64,000 nt of DNA from an uncultured Vicinamibacteraceae bacterium (GTDB taxonomy: Bacteria > Acidobacteriota > Vicinamibacteria > Vicinamibacterales > UBA8438). A model generated the notes under the pieces. That model did not search any database and was not told the DNA's origin. It saw nothing but the letters and a program-made list of their open reading frames with translations. Position 1 is the first letter of the stretch; each line of letters begins with the position of its first letter. This document shows positions 21,691-31,605 of this stretch, piece after piece. A program made the position numbers and the translations under genes. The DNA lies in the NCBI GenBank assembly GCA_964636705.1, contig CAZWUJ010000004.1:44855-108854 (forward strand), written 5' to 3'.

Positions 21691-22413
21691 TCAGCCGAGT
21701 CCCAGCACGTCGCGCATCGTGAACCATCCCGTGCGGCCAACGACCCACTTGGCGGCTTCGATCGCGCCCCGTGCGAACGTGGCCCGATCACGCGCGGTGT
21801 GGGTCAGGGTAATCGTCTCGAAGGGTCCGTCGAAGCCGACCGTATGCGTTCCGGGCATCTTTCCGGCACGCGTGGATGACATGTCGATCGCGCGCGCATA
21901 ACCGGCCCCCCGCATTGCCTCCTGAAGCGCCAGGGCGGTCCCGGATGGCGCATCCCGCTTCGCCGAGTGGTGGTGTTCATGGATGAACGCACCGAAGTCG
22001 GGATAGGGCGCCATCAGCCCCGCGCTACGTTCCACGATGGCCTGGAAGACGTTCACGCCGAGCGAGAAGTTGGCGGCATGGACGACCCCGATCCCGGCAT
22101 CGTCAGCCAACCGGCGCACTTCCGCCTCACGATCGTTCCAGCCGGTCGTTCCGATGACGACGTTGATGCCGCGCGCCGCCAGCCGTTCGACGTTCGGCAC
22201 GATCGCGCCGGCGAGTGAGAATTCGATAGCTACCTGCACGGTGTCGAGAGCGCGTGAGTCGATGCCGGAGCCATCCTGATTGTTGTGGATATCCAGCCGT
22301 TCGACCACCTCGCAGCCATTCGATTCGGCGATCGCGTCGACCGCCCGGCCCATCCTGCCGTAGCCGACCAGGACGACGCGGACAGGGGCATGACGGGACG
22401 ATTGGGAGGCCAT
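21691..22413 (-). CDS. dapB: 4-hydroxy-tetrahydrodipicolinate reductase
   Basis: VRVVLVGYGRMGRAV Rossmann motif and EHHHSAKRDAPSGTA signature. Confidence 0.9.
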   Translation of the reverse strand: MASQSSRHAPVRVVLVGYGRMGRAVDAIAESNGCEVVERLDIHNNQDGSGIDSRALDTVQVAIEFSLAGAIVPNVERLAARGINVVIGTTGWNDREAEVRRLADDAGIGVVHAANFSLGVNVFQAIVERSAGLMAPYPDFGAFIHEHHHSAKRDAPSGTALALQEAMRGAGYARAIDMSSTRAGKMPGTHTVGFDGPFETITLTHTARDRATFARGAIEAAKWVVGRTGWFTMRDVLGLG

Positions 22414-22467
22414 CGGTCGGTTCGGCGACTCACGGCGCCGCCTGCCGGACGATTATACTCGCGGGCT

Positions 22468-23475
22468 ATGCCGACACCTGTGACGCTTCCCGAGACCATG
22501 ACCGCAATGGAAGTCCGCGAGCCGGGGCCGCCCGAGGCGCTTCAACCAGCCGTGCGGCCGACGCCGGCCCCCCGTTCGGGCGAAGTGCTCGTGCGCGTGG
22601 CGGCGGCTGGCGTGAATCGGGCCGACGTCATGCAGCGGGAGGGACGCTACCCGCCGCCCCCGGGCGCGTCCGACGTTCCGGGGCTCGAGGTTGCCGGCAT
22701 CGTGGTGGCAGTCGGTGAAGATGTCGCGGGTGTCGCGGTGGGAGACGAGGTGTGCTCCATCGTGACCGGCGGCGGCTATGCGGAGTACTGCGCGGTGCCG
22801 GCGCCGCAGTGCCTGCCCATCCCGTCGCCGGTGAGCCTGCGCGATGCCGCCGCGCTGCCCGAGGCGTACATGACGGTCTGGACCAACGTCTTCGAGCGAG
22901 GCCGTCTCGCGGCGGGAGAGACCTTCCTTGTGCATGGCGGATCGAGCGGCATCGGGACCGCGGCGATCCCGCTGGCGAAGCTGCGCGGGGCACGTGTCTT
23001 CGCGACGGCCGGCTCCGCCGAGAAGTGCGCGGCGTGTACTACGCTGGGAGCCGACCTCGCCATCAACTACCGGGAACAGGACTTCGTCGAGGCGGTGCGG
23101 GAGGCGACCGGCGGGCGCGGCGTCGATGTGATCCTCGACATGGTGGGCGGCGCCTACCTGCAGCACAACGTCGACAGCCTCGCCCTCGAAGGCCGCCTCG
23201 TGATCATTGCGTTGATGGAAGGGGCCAGGGCCGAACTGAATCTCGCCGCCCTCATGTCAGGGCGTCTCACCGTCACCGGCTCGACCCTTCGTGCGCGGCG
23301 GCTCGACCAGAAGGCGGCAGTCGCGCGCGCCGTGCGGGAGCACGTATGGCCGCACTTCGCCAGCGGCGAACTCCGCCCGGTGATTCACGCGACCTATCCG
23401 CTGGCCGGCGCGGCCGACGCTCACCGCGTCATGCAGTCCAGCCGGCACATCGGAAAGCTGTTGCTGATCCCCTGA
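22468..23475 (+). CDS. NAD(P)H:quinone oxidoreductase / zeta-crystallin-type MDR dehydrogenase
   Basis: Trimmed to MPTPVTLPETMTAMEV. GVNRADVMQREGRYPPPPG and LVHGGSSGIGTAAI motifs. Confidence 0.8.
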   Translation: MPTPVTLPETMTAMEVREPGPPEALQPAVRPTPAPRSGEVLVRVAAAGVNRADVMQREGRYPPPPGASDVPGLEVAGIVVAVGEDVAGVAVGDEVCSIVTGGGYAEYCAVPAPQCLPIPSPVSLRDAAALPEAYMTVWTNVFERGRLAAGETFLVHGGSSGIGTAAIPLAKLRGARVFATAGSAEKCAACTTLGADLAINYREQDFVEAVREATGGRGVDVILDMVGGAYLQHNVDSLALEGRLVIIALMEGARAELNLAALMSGRLTVTGSTLRARRLDQKAAVARAVREHVWPHFASGELRPVIHATYPLAGAADAHRVMQSSRHIGKLLLIP

Positions 23476-23559
23476 CGCTTGTCGCCGCCCCAATGATGCC
23501 CCCGTCTCCAGACCTCCGTCGCGGTATACTCGTGCCCACGAGTCAGTCAGGGAGTCGTC

Positions 23560-23787
23560 ATGGCAGCCAAAGTCGGGCGTAACGATCCGTGCCCCTGCGG
23601 AAGTGGCCGCAAGTACAAGGCGTGCTGCGCCAACAAGGCCGAGACCCGGTCAAGACTCGGGCTCTACGCGATTGCGGCCGTCCTTGTCGCCATAGCCGGC
23701 GTTATCGCCTACACCTTCACTACCGAGGGCACCGGCAGCCGGCAGGTGTGGGACCCCGTCCACGGGCACTACCACACCGTTCCGTAG
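23560..23787 (+). CDS. Small SEC-C-motif membrane protein
   Basis: [18 protein letters not shown] (SEC-C zinc motif), one TM helix ([21 protein letters not shown]), and a His-rich end HGHYH. The RBS-like agggag lies upstream. Confidence 0.6.
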   Translation: MAAKVGRNDPCPCGSGRKYKACCANKAETRSRLGLYAIAAVLVAIAGVIAYTFTTEGTGSRQVWDPVHGHYHTVP

Positions 23788-23806
23788 GGCACGCGAAGCG
23801 TTCGGC

Positions 23807-26800
23807 ATGCCGCCGGCCGAACCGGACATCGTCACCGCGCGCGACATCTTCCTTGCAGCGCAGCTCGCGCCGGAGCGCGCGGCTGCATTCCTCGAGACCT
23901 GCGGCCTGCGCGACGGCGCCGCGGCGGATGCGCACCTCCAGCAACTCGCCGCCGATCTGCCGAGCCGACTGGCGCTGGGCGAGATGGCGGAAACGCTGTT
24001 CGACGCGTTCGCCACCACACCCGACCCGGACGCCGCGCTGGTCGGGTTCTGCCGCTTCGCGTCGGAACACACGCCGAAGATCACCTTCATCAACAACCTG
24101 CGGGTGGATCCACGCATCCTGGAGATCCTGACGCAGATCCTCGGCACGTCCCCCTACCTGAGCGAGATCCTGATTCGCGACCCAGAGTACCTCCACTGGC
24201 TGCGCTTCGAACTGGATCGCCGGCCGCCCGGTCGTGCCGACTACGCCGCCGAAGTCGATCGGCTGCTGGACGAAATGGCGGCCACCCAACATCAGGTCGA
24301 CGCGCTCAAGCGCTTCCAGCGGCGCGAATTCCTGCGCATCGCGGCGCGCGACCTGTTCGGCATGCTCGATGCCGCAACCCTCACGACGACGACAGCTCAA
24401 CTGTCGCACCTGGCCGACACCCTGGTGGATGGCATGCTGCGGATTGCGTCCGCGGAGCTGGCGGCCCGAAAAGGGGGACCGCTGCCCGGCCGGTTCGCCG
24501 TCATCGCCATGGGCAAGCTGGGGGGTGGAGACCTGAACTACAGCTCGGACATCGACCTGATCTACGTCTACGAGCTGCCTGGAGGCGACAACGACCCGGC
24601 GGCCATCGACGCCCACGAGCGCTATCAGAAGCTGGGACGCCGGCTGACCGCCCTCCTGAGCGAACATACCGCCGAGGGCTATCTCTACCGCGTGGACATG
24701 CGGCTGCGCCCGCTCGGCCAGCGGGGCGCGCTGGTCTATTCGCTGCAGCAGTCGGTGCAGTACTACGAGACCACGGGCGAGACGTTCGAACGCTTCGCGC
24801 TGCTGAAGGCTCGGCCAATCGCTGGCGACCTGGAGCTTGGCAGAAGGTTCGTCGAGCGCGTCTCGCCCTTCGTCTTCCGGAAGTACCTGGACCATGCCGC
24901 CATCGAAGAACTGGCCCGCTACAAGAAGCGGGCGGACCGGGCGCATGCGAAGCACGGCGATCTGGACGACAACATCAAGGAGGGGCGCGGCGGGATCCGC
25001 GAGGTGGAACTGTTCGCGCAGGTCTTCCAGTTGATCTACGGCGGCGAGCACCCGTCGCTCCGGACCGGTCATACGCTGACCGCCCTGCGCGAACTCGGCG
25101 CCCTGGGTTTCATCGAAGCGGGCGAGCGATACGACCTCACGGCGGCGTACATCTTCCTCCGCAACATCGAGCATGGTCTGCAGGCGGCCCAGGGCCAGCA
25201 GACGCACAGCCTGTCCGGAACCGAACGCGGCCTCCGCGCGCTCGCCCGGAGACTCGGCTTCGATGCGATGGAAACGCTGACCCAGGTGCTCGACACCCAC
25301 CGCGACAAGGTTCATGCCATCTACGCCAACCTCTTCTACGAGGAAACCGAAGCGGAGGCGCTGGCCGGGCGCACCATCTTCAGGCTCCTCGCCGGCGAGA
25401 TGGAAGACGGCGACGCCCGTTCACGGCTGGCCCGCGCCGGTTTCGACGATCCCGACAGCGCGCTCGCCGCTCTGCGTGCGCTCGACGCCGCGCCGACCAC
25501 GGGGCGTGCGTCAGCGCGAAATCTGTTGTCGAACCTGCTGGCGACCGTACTGACGGACGACTCGCCGCTGACCGCGCCGAACCGCGTCCTGATTCGCTTC
25601 GAGCGTGTCGTCTCGAAAGCCCGAGGCGCGACCGGTCTGTTTCGCACGCTGCTCGAGGACGCCGGATTGCGCCGCCGATTGATGGCCGGGCTCGACGCCG
25701 GCGATCTGTTTGCGGCACGGCTGTCCGCGTATCCGGAACTGCTCGACTTCATGGCCTCGGCCGTGCTCGACATGGACGCTTTCCGGCCGGCAGTGGAGGA
25801 CGCATTCGCGGAGGTGGTGTCCGGGAACGGCAGCCTGGAGTCGCGATTCGACGCCTTCCGCCGCGTCAAGGCGATCCAGGAGTTCAAGGTGCTCGTCGAA
25901 TGGCTCAGCCGGCGCGAGCTCACTCCCCTGAACGAGAAACTCTCGCTCGTCGCGGACTGCGCCATCAAGGCCGCCGCAATCGCGGCTGGAACCGCCCCTG
26001 CGGTCACTGCCCGCGCCTCGGGCGATGCGGGAATCGATACCGGCTGGGCCGTTCTCGCCCTTGGCAAGCTCGGCAGCTCCGAGCTGACGGTTCACTCCGA
26101 TCTCGATCTCGTCTTCATCTACGACGGCGATCCATCCGACGCCCGGCGGTTCCAGCTTCACCAGAAGTTTGTCCGCGCCATCTTCGACCTGCTGTCGAAG
26201 CGCACCGCGGCCGGCGCCGCCTACGAGATCGACACCCGGCTTCGCCCCGAAGGCAAGATGGGCGCCCTGGCCATTCCGCTCGTCGCCTTCGAGCGCTACC
26301 TCAACAGCCGCGCGGAGATCTGGGAACGAATGGCGTGGACGCGGGCCCGCTTCGCGGGCGGCGACCCGGCGCTTGGCGAGAAGGTCCAGGCCGTCGTCGA
26401 TCGATTCGTCTACGGGGAGTGGTCCGCAGGAATCCCGGCCTACGCCCAGCACGTCCGCAGCCGTATCGAAACGGAACTGGCCAGGGAAGCGGCCGAGGGC
26501 CGCTTCGACCTCAAGCGGGGAAGGGGCGGCCTCGCCGACATCGACTTCCTGCTCCAGGTCCTCCAGATCCGGGCCGGGGTCGACGACGAACGGTTCCGGG
26601 TCCAGGGCTCGCGCCGCCTCCTTGCATCGCTGCCCGATAACGAGTATCTGCTCCGCGACGAGGCGGGCGCCCTGAGCGATGCCTACGGCTTCCTGCGGGA
26701 ACTCGAAACCGTCCTCCGGATCGAGTCCGATACGGGAACCAACGCCATCTCCACCGACGCGGCGGCGCTTGAACCCCTCGCACGACGCCTTCGCACGCCC

Positions 26801-26893
26801 GCGTCGGGCCGTGATTTGCTGGAGCGCTATAAGACGACGACGGATCAGGTTCGCCGCGTCTACACCGGCGGAATGGAGCGGCTGTCAGGCTGA
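23807..26893 (+). CDS. glnE: Bifunctional glutamine synthetase adenylyltransferase / adenylyl-removing enzyme
   Basis: 1028 aa with two nucleotidyltransferase halves (GKLGGGDLNYSSDIDLIYVY and GKLGSSELTVHSDLDLVFIY), each followed by a GlnE helical domain. Confidence 0.9.
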   Translation: MPPAEPDIVTARDIFLAAQLAPERAAAFLETCGLRDGAAADAHLQQLAADLPSRLALGEMAETLFDAFATTPDPDAALVGFCRFASEHTPKITFINNLRVDPRILEILTQILGTSPYLSEILIRDPEYLHWLRFELDRRPPGRADYAAEVDRLLDEMAATQHQVDALKRFQRREFLRIAARDLFGMLDAATLTTTTAQLSHLADTLVDGMLRIASAELAARKGGPLPGRFAVIAMGKLGGGDLNYSSDIDLIYVYELPGGDNDPAAIDAHERYQKLGRRLTALLSEHTAEGYLYRVDMRLRPLGQRGALVYSLQQSVQYYETTGETFERFALLKARPIAGDLELGRRFVERVSPFVFRKYLDHAAIEELARYKKRADRAHAKHGDLDDNIKEGRGGIREVELFAQVFQLIYGGEHPSLRTGHTLTALRELGALGFIEAGERYDLTAAYIFLRNIEHGLQAAQGQQTHSLSGTERGLRALARRLGFDAMETLTQVLDTHRDKVHAIYANLFYEETEAEALAGRTIFRLLAGEMEDGDARSRLARAGFDDPDSALAALRALDAAPTTGRASARNLLSNLLATVLTDDSPLTAPNRVLIRFERVVSKARGATGLFRTLLEDAGLRRRLMAGLDAGDLFAARLSAYPELLDFMASAVLDMDAFRPAVEDAFAEVVSGNGSLESRFDAFRRVKAIQEFKVLVEWLSRRELTPLNEKLSLVADCAIKAAAIAAGTAPAVTARASGDAGIDTGWAVLALGKLGSSELTVHSDLDLVFIYDGDPSDARRFQLHQKFVRAIFDLLSKRTAAGAAYEIDTRLRPEGKMGALAIPLVAFERYLNSRAEIWERMAWTRARFAGGDPALGEKVQAVVDRFVYGEWSAGIPAYAQHVRSRIETELAREAAEGRFDLKRGRGGLADIDFLLQVLQIRAGVDDERFRVQGSRRLLASLPDNEYLLRDEAGALSDAYGFLRELETVLRIESDTGTNAISTDAAALEPLARRLRTPASGRDLLERYKTTTDQVRRVYTGGMERLSG

Positions 26894-26954
26894 GGGGACG
26901 CCCGGTGGCTGCGCCGCGGGCGGGGCGCGCCGGCGCGCCTTGGGTAGACACAGC

Positions 26955-26986
26955 GGCCCGAGGCGCCGGCCAGGACGCCTCGGGCC
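26955..26986. terminator. GC-rich hairpin between convergent glnE and glnA (possible bidirectional terminator)
   Basis: Perfect 11-bp arms ggcccgaggcg / cgcctcgggcc with a 10-nt loop. No clear U-tract on either side. Confidence 0.45.
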
Positions 26987-27019
26987 ACCTTGCGGCTACG
27001 AGCCGCGCCCGGGCAGCAG

Positions 27020-27041
27020 TCTGCACCGTTCCACGGCGCAG
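27020..27041. repeat. REP2-family hairpin
   Basis: tctgcaccgttccacggcgcag, identical 22-mer at 60501-60522. Upstream flanks also share tgcggct(a/c)cga...gccgcgcc. Confidence 0.7.
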
Positions 27042-27057
27042 GCCGCTAGAGCCAGAG

Positions 27058-28494
27058 CTAGATGTCGAAGTAGAGCGCGAATTCCCACGGATGGGGCCGC
27101 AGGCGCATCGCGTCGACCTCGTTCTCACGCTTGTAGGAGATCCAGTTCTCGATGACGTCGGGCGTGAAGACATCTCCCTTCAGCAGGAAGTCGTGGTCCG
27201 CCTCGAGCGCGTCAAGCACCTGCGCCAGATCGCCCGGCGTGCTCTCGATCTTGCCCAGCTCCTCCGGCGGCAGGTCGTACAGGTCCTTGTCCATCGGCTC
27301 GGGCGGCATGATCCTGTTCTGGATGCCGTCGAGGCCGGCCATCAGCATGGCGCTGAACGCGAGATACCCGTTGCACGTCGGATCCGGGAACCGGCACTCG
27401 ACCCGCTTCGCCTTCTCGCTCTTCGAGTAGACCGGAATCCGGACCGCCGCACTGCGGTTCCGCATCGAGTAGATGAGGTTGATCGGCGCTTCGTAACCCG
27501 GCACCAGCCGGCGGTACGAGTTGGTCGTCGGGTTGGTCAGCGCGAGCAGCGCCGGCGCGTGCTTGAGGATGCCACCGATGTAGTGGACGGCGGTTTCGCT
27601 CAGGTCGCCGTAGGTGCCGGCCGCGAAGAACTGGTTCCGCCCGTCCTTCCAGATGCTCTGGTGCACGTGCATGCCGGAGCCGTTGTCCTGGAAGACCGGC
27701 TTCGGCATCAACGTAACTGTCTTGCCGTGCTTCCGCGCGACGTTCTTGACGGCGTACTTGTACTTCAGCAGCTTGTCGCCCATGTTGACGAGCGAGTCGA
27801 AACGCATGTCGATCTCCGCCTGGCCGGCGGTTCCCACCTCGTGGTGGTGCACCTCGATCTCAACGCCCAGCGCCTCGAGGGCGAGAAGCATCTCGGTCCG
27901 CAGATCCTGGTGGCTGTCCATCGGTGGCACCGGGAAGTACCCCTGCTTGTAGCGGATCTTGTAGCCGAGGTTGCGAGAGTTTCCTGCGGCGTCCGGATTC
28001 TCCGTGCGTCCGGCGTTCCAGAAACCCTCGCCGGCGTCGATGTGGTAGTAGCCCTCGTTGTAGCTCTGTCCGAATCGGACGTCATCGAAGATGAAGAACT
28101 CCGGCTCCGGCCCGAAGTAGGCGGTATCGCCGATGCCCGTCGACTTCAGGTAGTTCTCCGCCTTCTGCGCTATGTAGCGCGGGTCGCGGGAGTAGTCCTC
28201 ACCGGTCACCGGATCCTTGACATTGCAGATGAGACAGAGCGTCGGCTCGGCCGAGAACGGATCCATGAACGCGGAACTCGCGTCCGGGAAGAGCAGCATG
28301 TCGCTCTCCTGGATCTGCTGGAAGCCGCGGATGCTGGATCCGTCGAAGCCGATCCCTTCCTCGAATACATCTTCCGAGAACTCCTTGGTGGACACCGTGA
28401 AGTGCTGCCACAGTCCCGGCAGATCAATGAACCGGAGATCGACCACGCGGATCCCCTCGTTCTCGATCTTCGCCATCACGTCATTCGCTGTCAT
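27058..28494 (-). CDS. glnA: Glutamine synthetase type I
   Basis: [27 protein letters not shown]. It also contains GSGMHVHQS and the adenylylation-site motif [14 protein letters not shown] 28494 is preceded by GAGAGG; the track start (TTG 28509) is less likely. Confidence 0.95.
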   Translation of the reverse strand: MTANDVMAKIENEGIRVVDLRFIDLPGLWQHFTVSTKEFSEDVFEEGIGFDGSSIRGFQQIQESDMLLFPDASSAFMDPFSAEPTLCLICNVKDPVTGEDYSRDPRYIAQKAENYLKSTGIGDTAYFGPEPEFFIFDDVRFGQSYNEGYYHIDAGEGFWNAGRTENPDAAGNSRNLGYKIRYKQGYFPVPPMDSHQDLRTEMLLALEALGVEIEVHHHEVGTAGQAEIDMRFDSLVNMGDKLLKYKYAVKNVARKHGKTVTLMPKPVFQDNGSGMHVHQSIWKDGRNQFFAAGTYGDLSETAVHYIGGILKHAPALLALTNPTTNSYRRLVPGYEAPINLIYSMRNRSAAVRIPVYSKSEKAKRVECRFPDPTCNGYLAFSAMLMAGLDGIQNRIMPPEPMDKDLYDLPPEELGKIESTPGDLAQVLDALEADHDFLLKGDVFTPDVIENWISYKRENEVDAMRLRPHPWEFALYFDI

Positions 28495-28601
28495 TCCGTT
28501 ACCTCTCAATCAGGTTGGTGGTCGTCACTCCCTGGTGTTACTCCTCGCGCGACGTTCGACCATCCGCGCGCACACCATACCCGCCAACTGGAACACAAAG
28601 C

Positions 28602-28934
28602 CTAGATGACGTCGCGTTCCCCCGTCCGAATAATGCGACTCTGCTCGACCGGCATGACGAAGATCCGTCCGTCGCCGATCTCGCCGGTACGCGCCACATC
28701 CATGATCGCGTCGATGGCCGTCTCGACCATCTCGTCCGCGACGACGACCTCGATCTTCACCTTGGGCAACAGGCTGATCTCGTACTCCCGGCCCCGGTAG
28801 ATGGAGGAATGACCCCGTTGACGGCCATGCCCCCGCACCTCGGTCACGGTGATTCCCGAGAGGTTCGCCTTGTTGAGCGCATCCTTTATCTCGTCGACCT
28901 TGTTCGGTCTCACAATCGCCTTGATCAGTTTCAT
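28602..28934 (-). CDS. glnB: Nitrogen regulatory protein P-II
   Basis: MKLIKAIVRPNKVDEIKDAL. T-loop GHGRQRGHSSIYRGREY with the uridylylatable Tyr51 position retained. TGEIGDGRIFV is also present. Confidence 0.9.
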   Translation of the reverse strand: MKLIKAIVRPNKVDEIKDALNKANLSGITVTEVRGHGRQRGHSSIYRGREYEISLLPKVKIEVVVADEMVETAIDAIMDVARTGEIGDGRIFVMPVEQSRIIRTGERDVI

Positions 28935-28975
28935 GCCAGTCTTCGTTCAGGCGCGCTCCGCCGATCGCGCGTCCT

Positions 28976-31561
28976 TCAGTGAGCCGACGACGCCCCTAGC
29001 GTCCGCTCCAGATCCTGCTTCAACCGCTCCTGTGTTTCCTCGTGCAGCTTGCCGCCCTGCTCGGTCAGATGAAAGACGTCGAGCGCCCTGGTGCCTTCGG
29101 TGTTGATCAACACCAGATCGATGGAACACCCGTTGTCCGCGATCGCGCGGCTGACCCGGTAGAGCAGGCCCCATCCGTTCGGCGCAACCATTTCCAGCAC
29201 CGTGAAGCGCTTCGAGAAGTGGTTGTTGTAGTGCACGACGGGCGTAACGGGTTCGACCTGCGGCTTCCTTTGGCCGGCACGCCAGCGCCCCTTCAGTTTT
29301 TCCTCTATTGCCACCCGCCCGCCGATGACGTCTTCCAGCAGCCCTTCCATCTCGTCGCGTGCGGACGGGTTCAGGGTGAGGAACTTCTCCCGATCCTCGA
29401 ACTCGAAGATGTCGAGCGCCACGTGATGCTGATTGCTCATGACGTGGCCCCGCATGATGTCCATGCCGAAGAACGACAGCACCCCGCAGATATTGGAGAA
29501 CAGCCGCGGCTGATCCAGTGCTATCGCGCTCAGCTCCCACGAGGTCTCGTGCGCGTTCAGAATCGGCCGCACCACGCCCGGCTCCAGGTTCCGCGCCAGA
29601 CGAAGGTGGTCATAGACGACGGGTCCATCCACCAGACGCAGGTAGCGCTGCGGAAAACCTTCGAGATAGGAAGTGAGCTCCGCTTCCGTGATGTCGTCCG
29701 GACGCTGCTCGTTCAGGGCGATTCTCGCCACTTCGTCGTGGTCGATCGAGTCGTCGCCGTATCCCAGTGTCAACTGGTTGTAGCTCTCGACGTAGAGGCG
29801 CCAGAGCATCTCTTCCTTCCATGGGGTCAGCACGCCGGGACTCACCGCATCGACATCGGCCAGCGTCAGCAGCGTCAGCAGCTTCAACCGCTCTTCGGTG
29901 CCGACAAGCCGCGTGAAGCCGATCACGGTGTCAGGGTCCTCGGCGTCACGGCGGAAGGCGACGACCGACATCTGCAGGTGGTGGCGAATCAGAAACTCGA
30001 CGACCTGGCGCGCCCGTTCCGGCAGGCGGAGACGCCGCATCGCCTCGTTCGCCATCCTGACGCCCTCTTCGGAGTGGTTCTTGTTCGTCCACTTGCCGCA
30101 GTCGTGAAACAGCAGCGCGAGCACCAGGAGTTCCGGCTCGGCAGTCTCCTTGAGCAGGTTGGCGAACCGTTTCCGGCTCTCGGTCATCGGCGTGCAGAGA
30201 TGTTCCACGTTGCGGATGGCGCGCAGGGTGTGCTCGTCCACGGTGTACCGGTGGTAGAAGTCCCGCGTAACGTGGCAGTAGACCTTCTGGAACTCCGGGA
30301 ACATCCGGCCCAGCAACCCGCGGCTGTGCATTTCTTCCAGCCGGTCGTACAGCCCGGGCCGGGGGCGGAGCAGGTCCAGCAACTGATACAGTTCCCGGTC
30401 GGTCGGAAAGAACGTCTCCGGTGTGTACCGCTCGCCATGCCGCTCGATGCAGGTGAGCACCTGTTCCGAAACCACCGTATCCCGGGCTAGCGCCTCCTCG
30501 AAGGCCCGGAGCCAGATGCGGGGTTGCAGCGACGCGCGCGTGCCGTCCGCGAACCGGATGCCGTCCCAGGCGAGTGCCAGATCGTCGTCGATCGGTTCCA
30601 CCGACGCATCGGGATCTTCGGGTGCGGTGGCCGCCTTGAGCAGAGTCTGCAGCGATCGGTTGATGCGCCGGGCATGGTGGTAGTACGTGCTCATCAGACG
30701 TTCCACCTGGCGACCCGGCTTTTCGCCGGGCGATCCGAACGTCCTCGCCACCACTTCCTGCAGGCCGTGCTCCAGAACATTCGCGTTGCGCTTGCGCTCC
30801 GTGTGCAGGATCGACCGGATCCGCAGCATGAAATCCTCCGCCTCCTCGAGGCGGCCGGGATCCACATGGAGATCGTGGCGAGTTCCGTCCTCCAACCCGC
30901 GCAGCAGCCGGATTGCCGTCGCGTCGCGGAGTCCGCCCGGCGAGTCCTTGACGTCCGGCTCCAGGTGGAAGACTGTGTGGCTGAAGCGCGACAGCCGCTG
31001 CTTCACCAGCCGGATCAGGGCCTCGCGCATCGCCGGGCGCCAGGGCGAGCCGGTCGACAGGCAGGTTGCGGTCACCCGTTCGAAGAGGGCGTGGTCCCCC
31101 TCGAGGAAACGCGCCTCCATCAGTGCCGTCAGGTACTCGGGATTGTCCACCTCGGGTTGCGCCAGTTCGGCCGAGCGCCGGATCTGGTGGCCTACCTGAA
31201 ACCCGAGGTCCCAGAGCGGGTGGAGAACCGCACTGATGAACCTTTCTTCCGCGGCGCCTACTTCACCGTCGAGGACTATCAGAAGGTCGATGTCGGAATG
31301 CAGGCAGAGGTGACGCCGGCCGTACCCGCCTATGGGAATCAGCGCGTGCGGCGTGTCGGTAATGCCGCGGGCAGCACGATAAATCCCGCGCAGGATGTCA
31401 TCGATCCGTGACGTGTAGAGGCCGAGGCAACGGATGCCGCCGCGTGCCTCGCGGGTGCTGTCCTGGAGTTCTGCACGGGCCGCGCCGAGTTGCGACCGCC
31501 ACGTCGGTCCGAGGGCGATTTCACCGGTGTCAATCGGCGCGGCGTCGTTGGTGGGGAGCAT
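28976..31561 (-). CDS. glnD: [Protein-PII] uridylyltransferase / uridylyl-removing enzyme
   Basis: 861 aa. Nucleotidyltransferase domain (GGYGRRHLCLHSDIDLLIV). HD domain (LLFHDCGK). Two C-terminal ACT-like segments. Confidence 0.9.
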   Translation of the reverse strand: MLPTNDAAPIDTGEIALGPTWRSQLGAARAELQDSTREARGGIRCLGLYTSRIDDILRGIYRAARGITDTPHALIPIGGYGRRHLCLHSDIDLLIVLDGEVGAAEERFISAVLHPLWDLGFQVGHQIRRSAELAQPEVDNPEYLTALMEARFLEGDHALFERVTATCLSTGSPWRPAMREALIRLVKQRLSRFSHTVFHLEPDVKDSPGGLRDATAIRLLRGLEDGTRHDLHVDPGRLEEAEDFMLRIRSILHTERKRNANVLEHGLQEVVARTFGSPGEKPGRQVERLMSTYYHHARRINRSLQTLLKAATAPEDPDASVEPIDDDLALAWDGIRFADGTRASLQPRIWLRAFEEALARDTVVSEQVLTCIERHGERYTPETFFPTDRELYQLLDLLRPRPGLYDRLEEMHSRGLLGRMFPEFQKVYCHVTRDFYHRYTVDEHTLRAIRNVEHLCTPMTESRKRFANLLKETAEPELLVLALLFHDCGKWTNKNHSEEGVRMANEAMRRLRLPERARQVVEFLIRHHLQMSVVAFRRDAEDPDTVIGFTRLVGTEERLKLLTLLTLADVDAVSPGVLTPWKEEMLWRLYVESYNQLTLGYGDDSIDHDEVARIALNEQRPDDITEAELTSYLEGFPQRYLRLVDGPVVYDHLRLARNLEPGVVRPILNAHETSWELSAIALDQPRLFSNICGVLSFFGMDIMRGHVMSNQHHVALDIFEFEDREKFLTLNPSARDEMEGLLEDVIGGRVAIEEKLKGRWRAGQRKPQVEPVTPVVHYNNHFSKRFTVLEMVAPNGWGLLYRVSRAIADNGCSIDLVLINTEGTRALDVFHLTEQGGKLHEETQERLKQDLERTLGASSAH

Positions 31562-31605
31562 CGCGGAGTCGATTCAGCGAGGCGTTCGTCGCGTGCCCGG
31601 TGCTG

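Noticed and set aside
28510-28601. Second sigma-54 or NtrC-type promoter upstream of glnA
   Set aside because: The best minus-strand candidate, TGGCGGGTATGGTGT, lacks the -12 GC. No convincing -35/-10 pair was seen either, so it is left uncalled.
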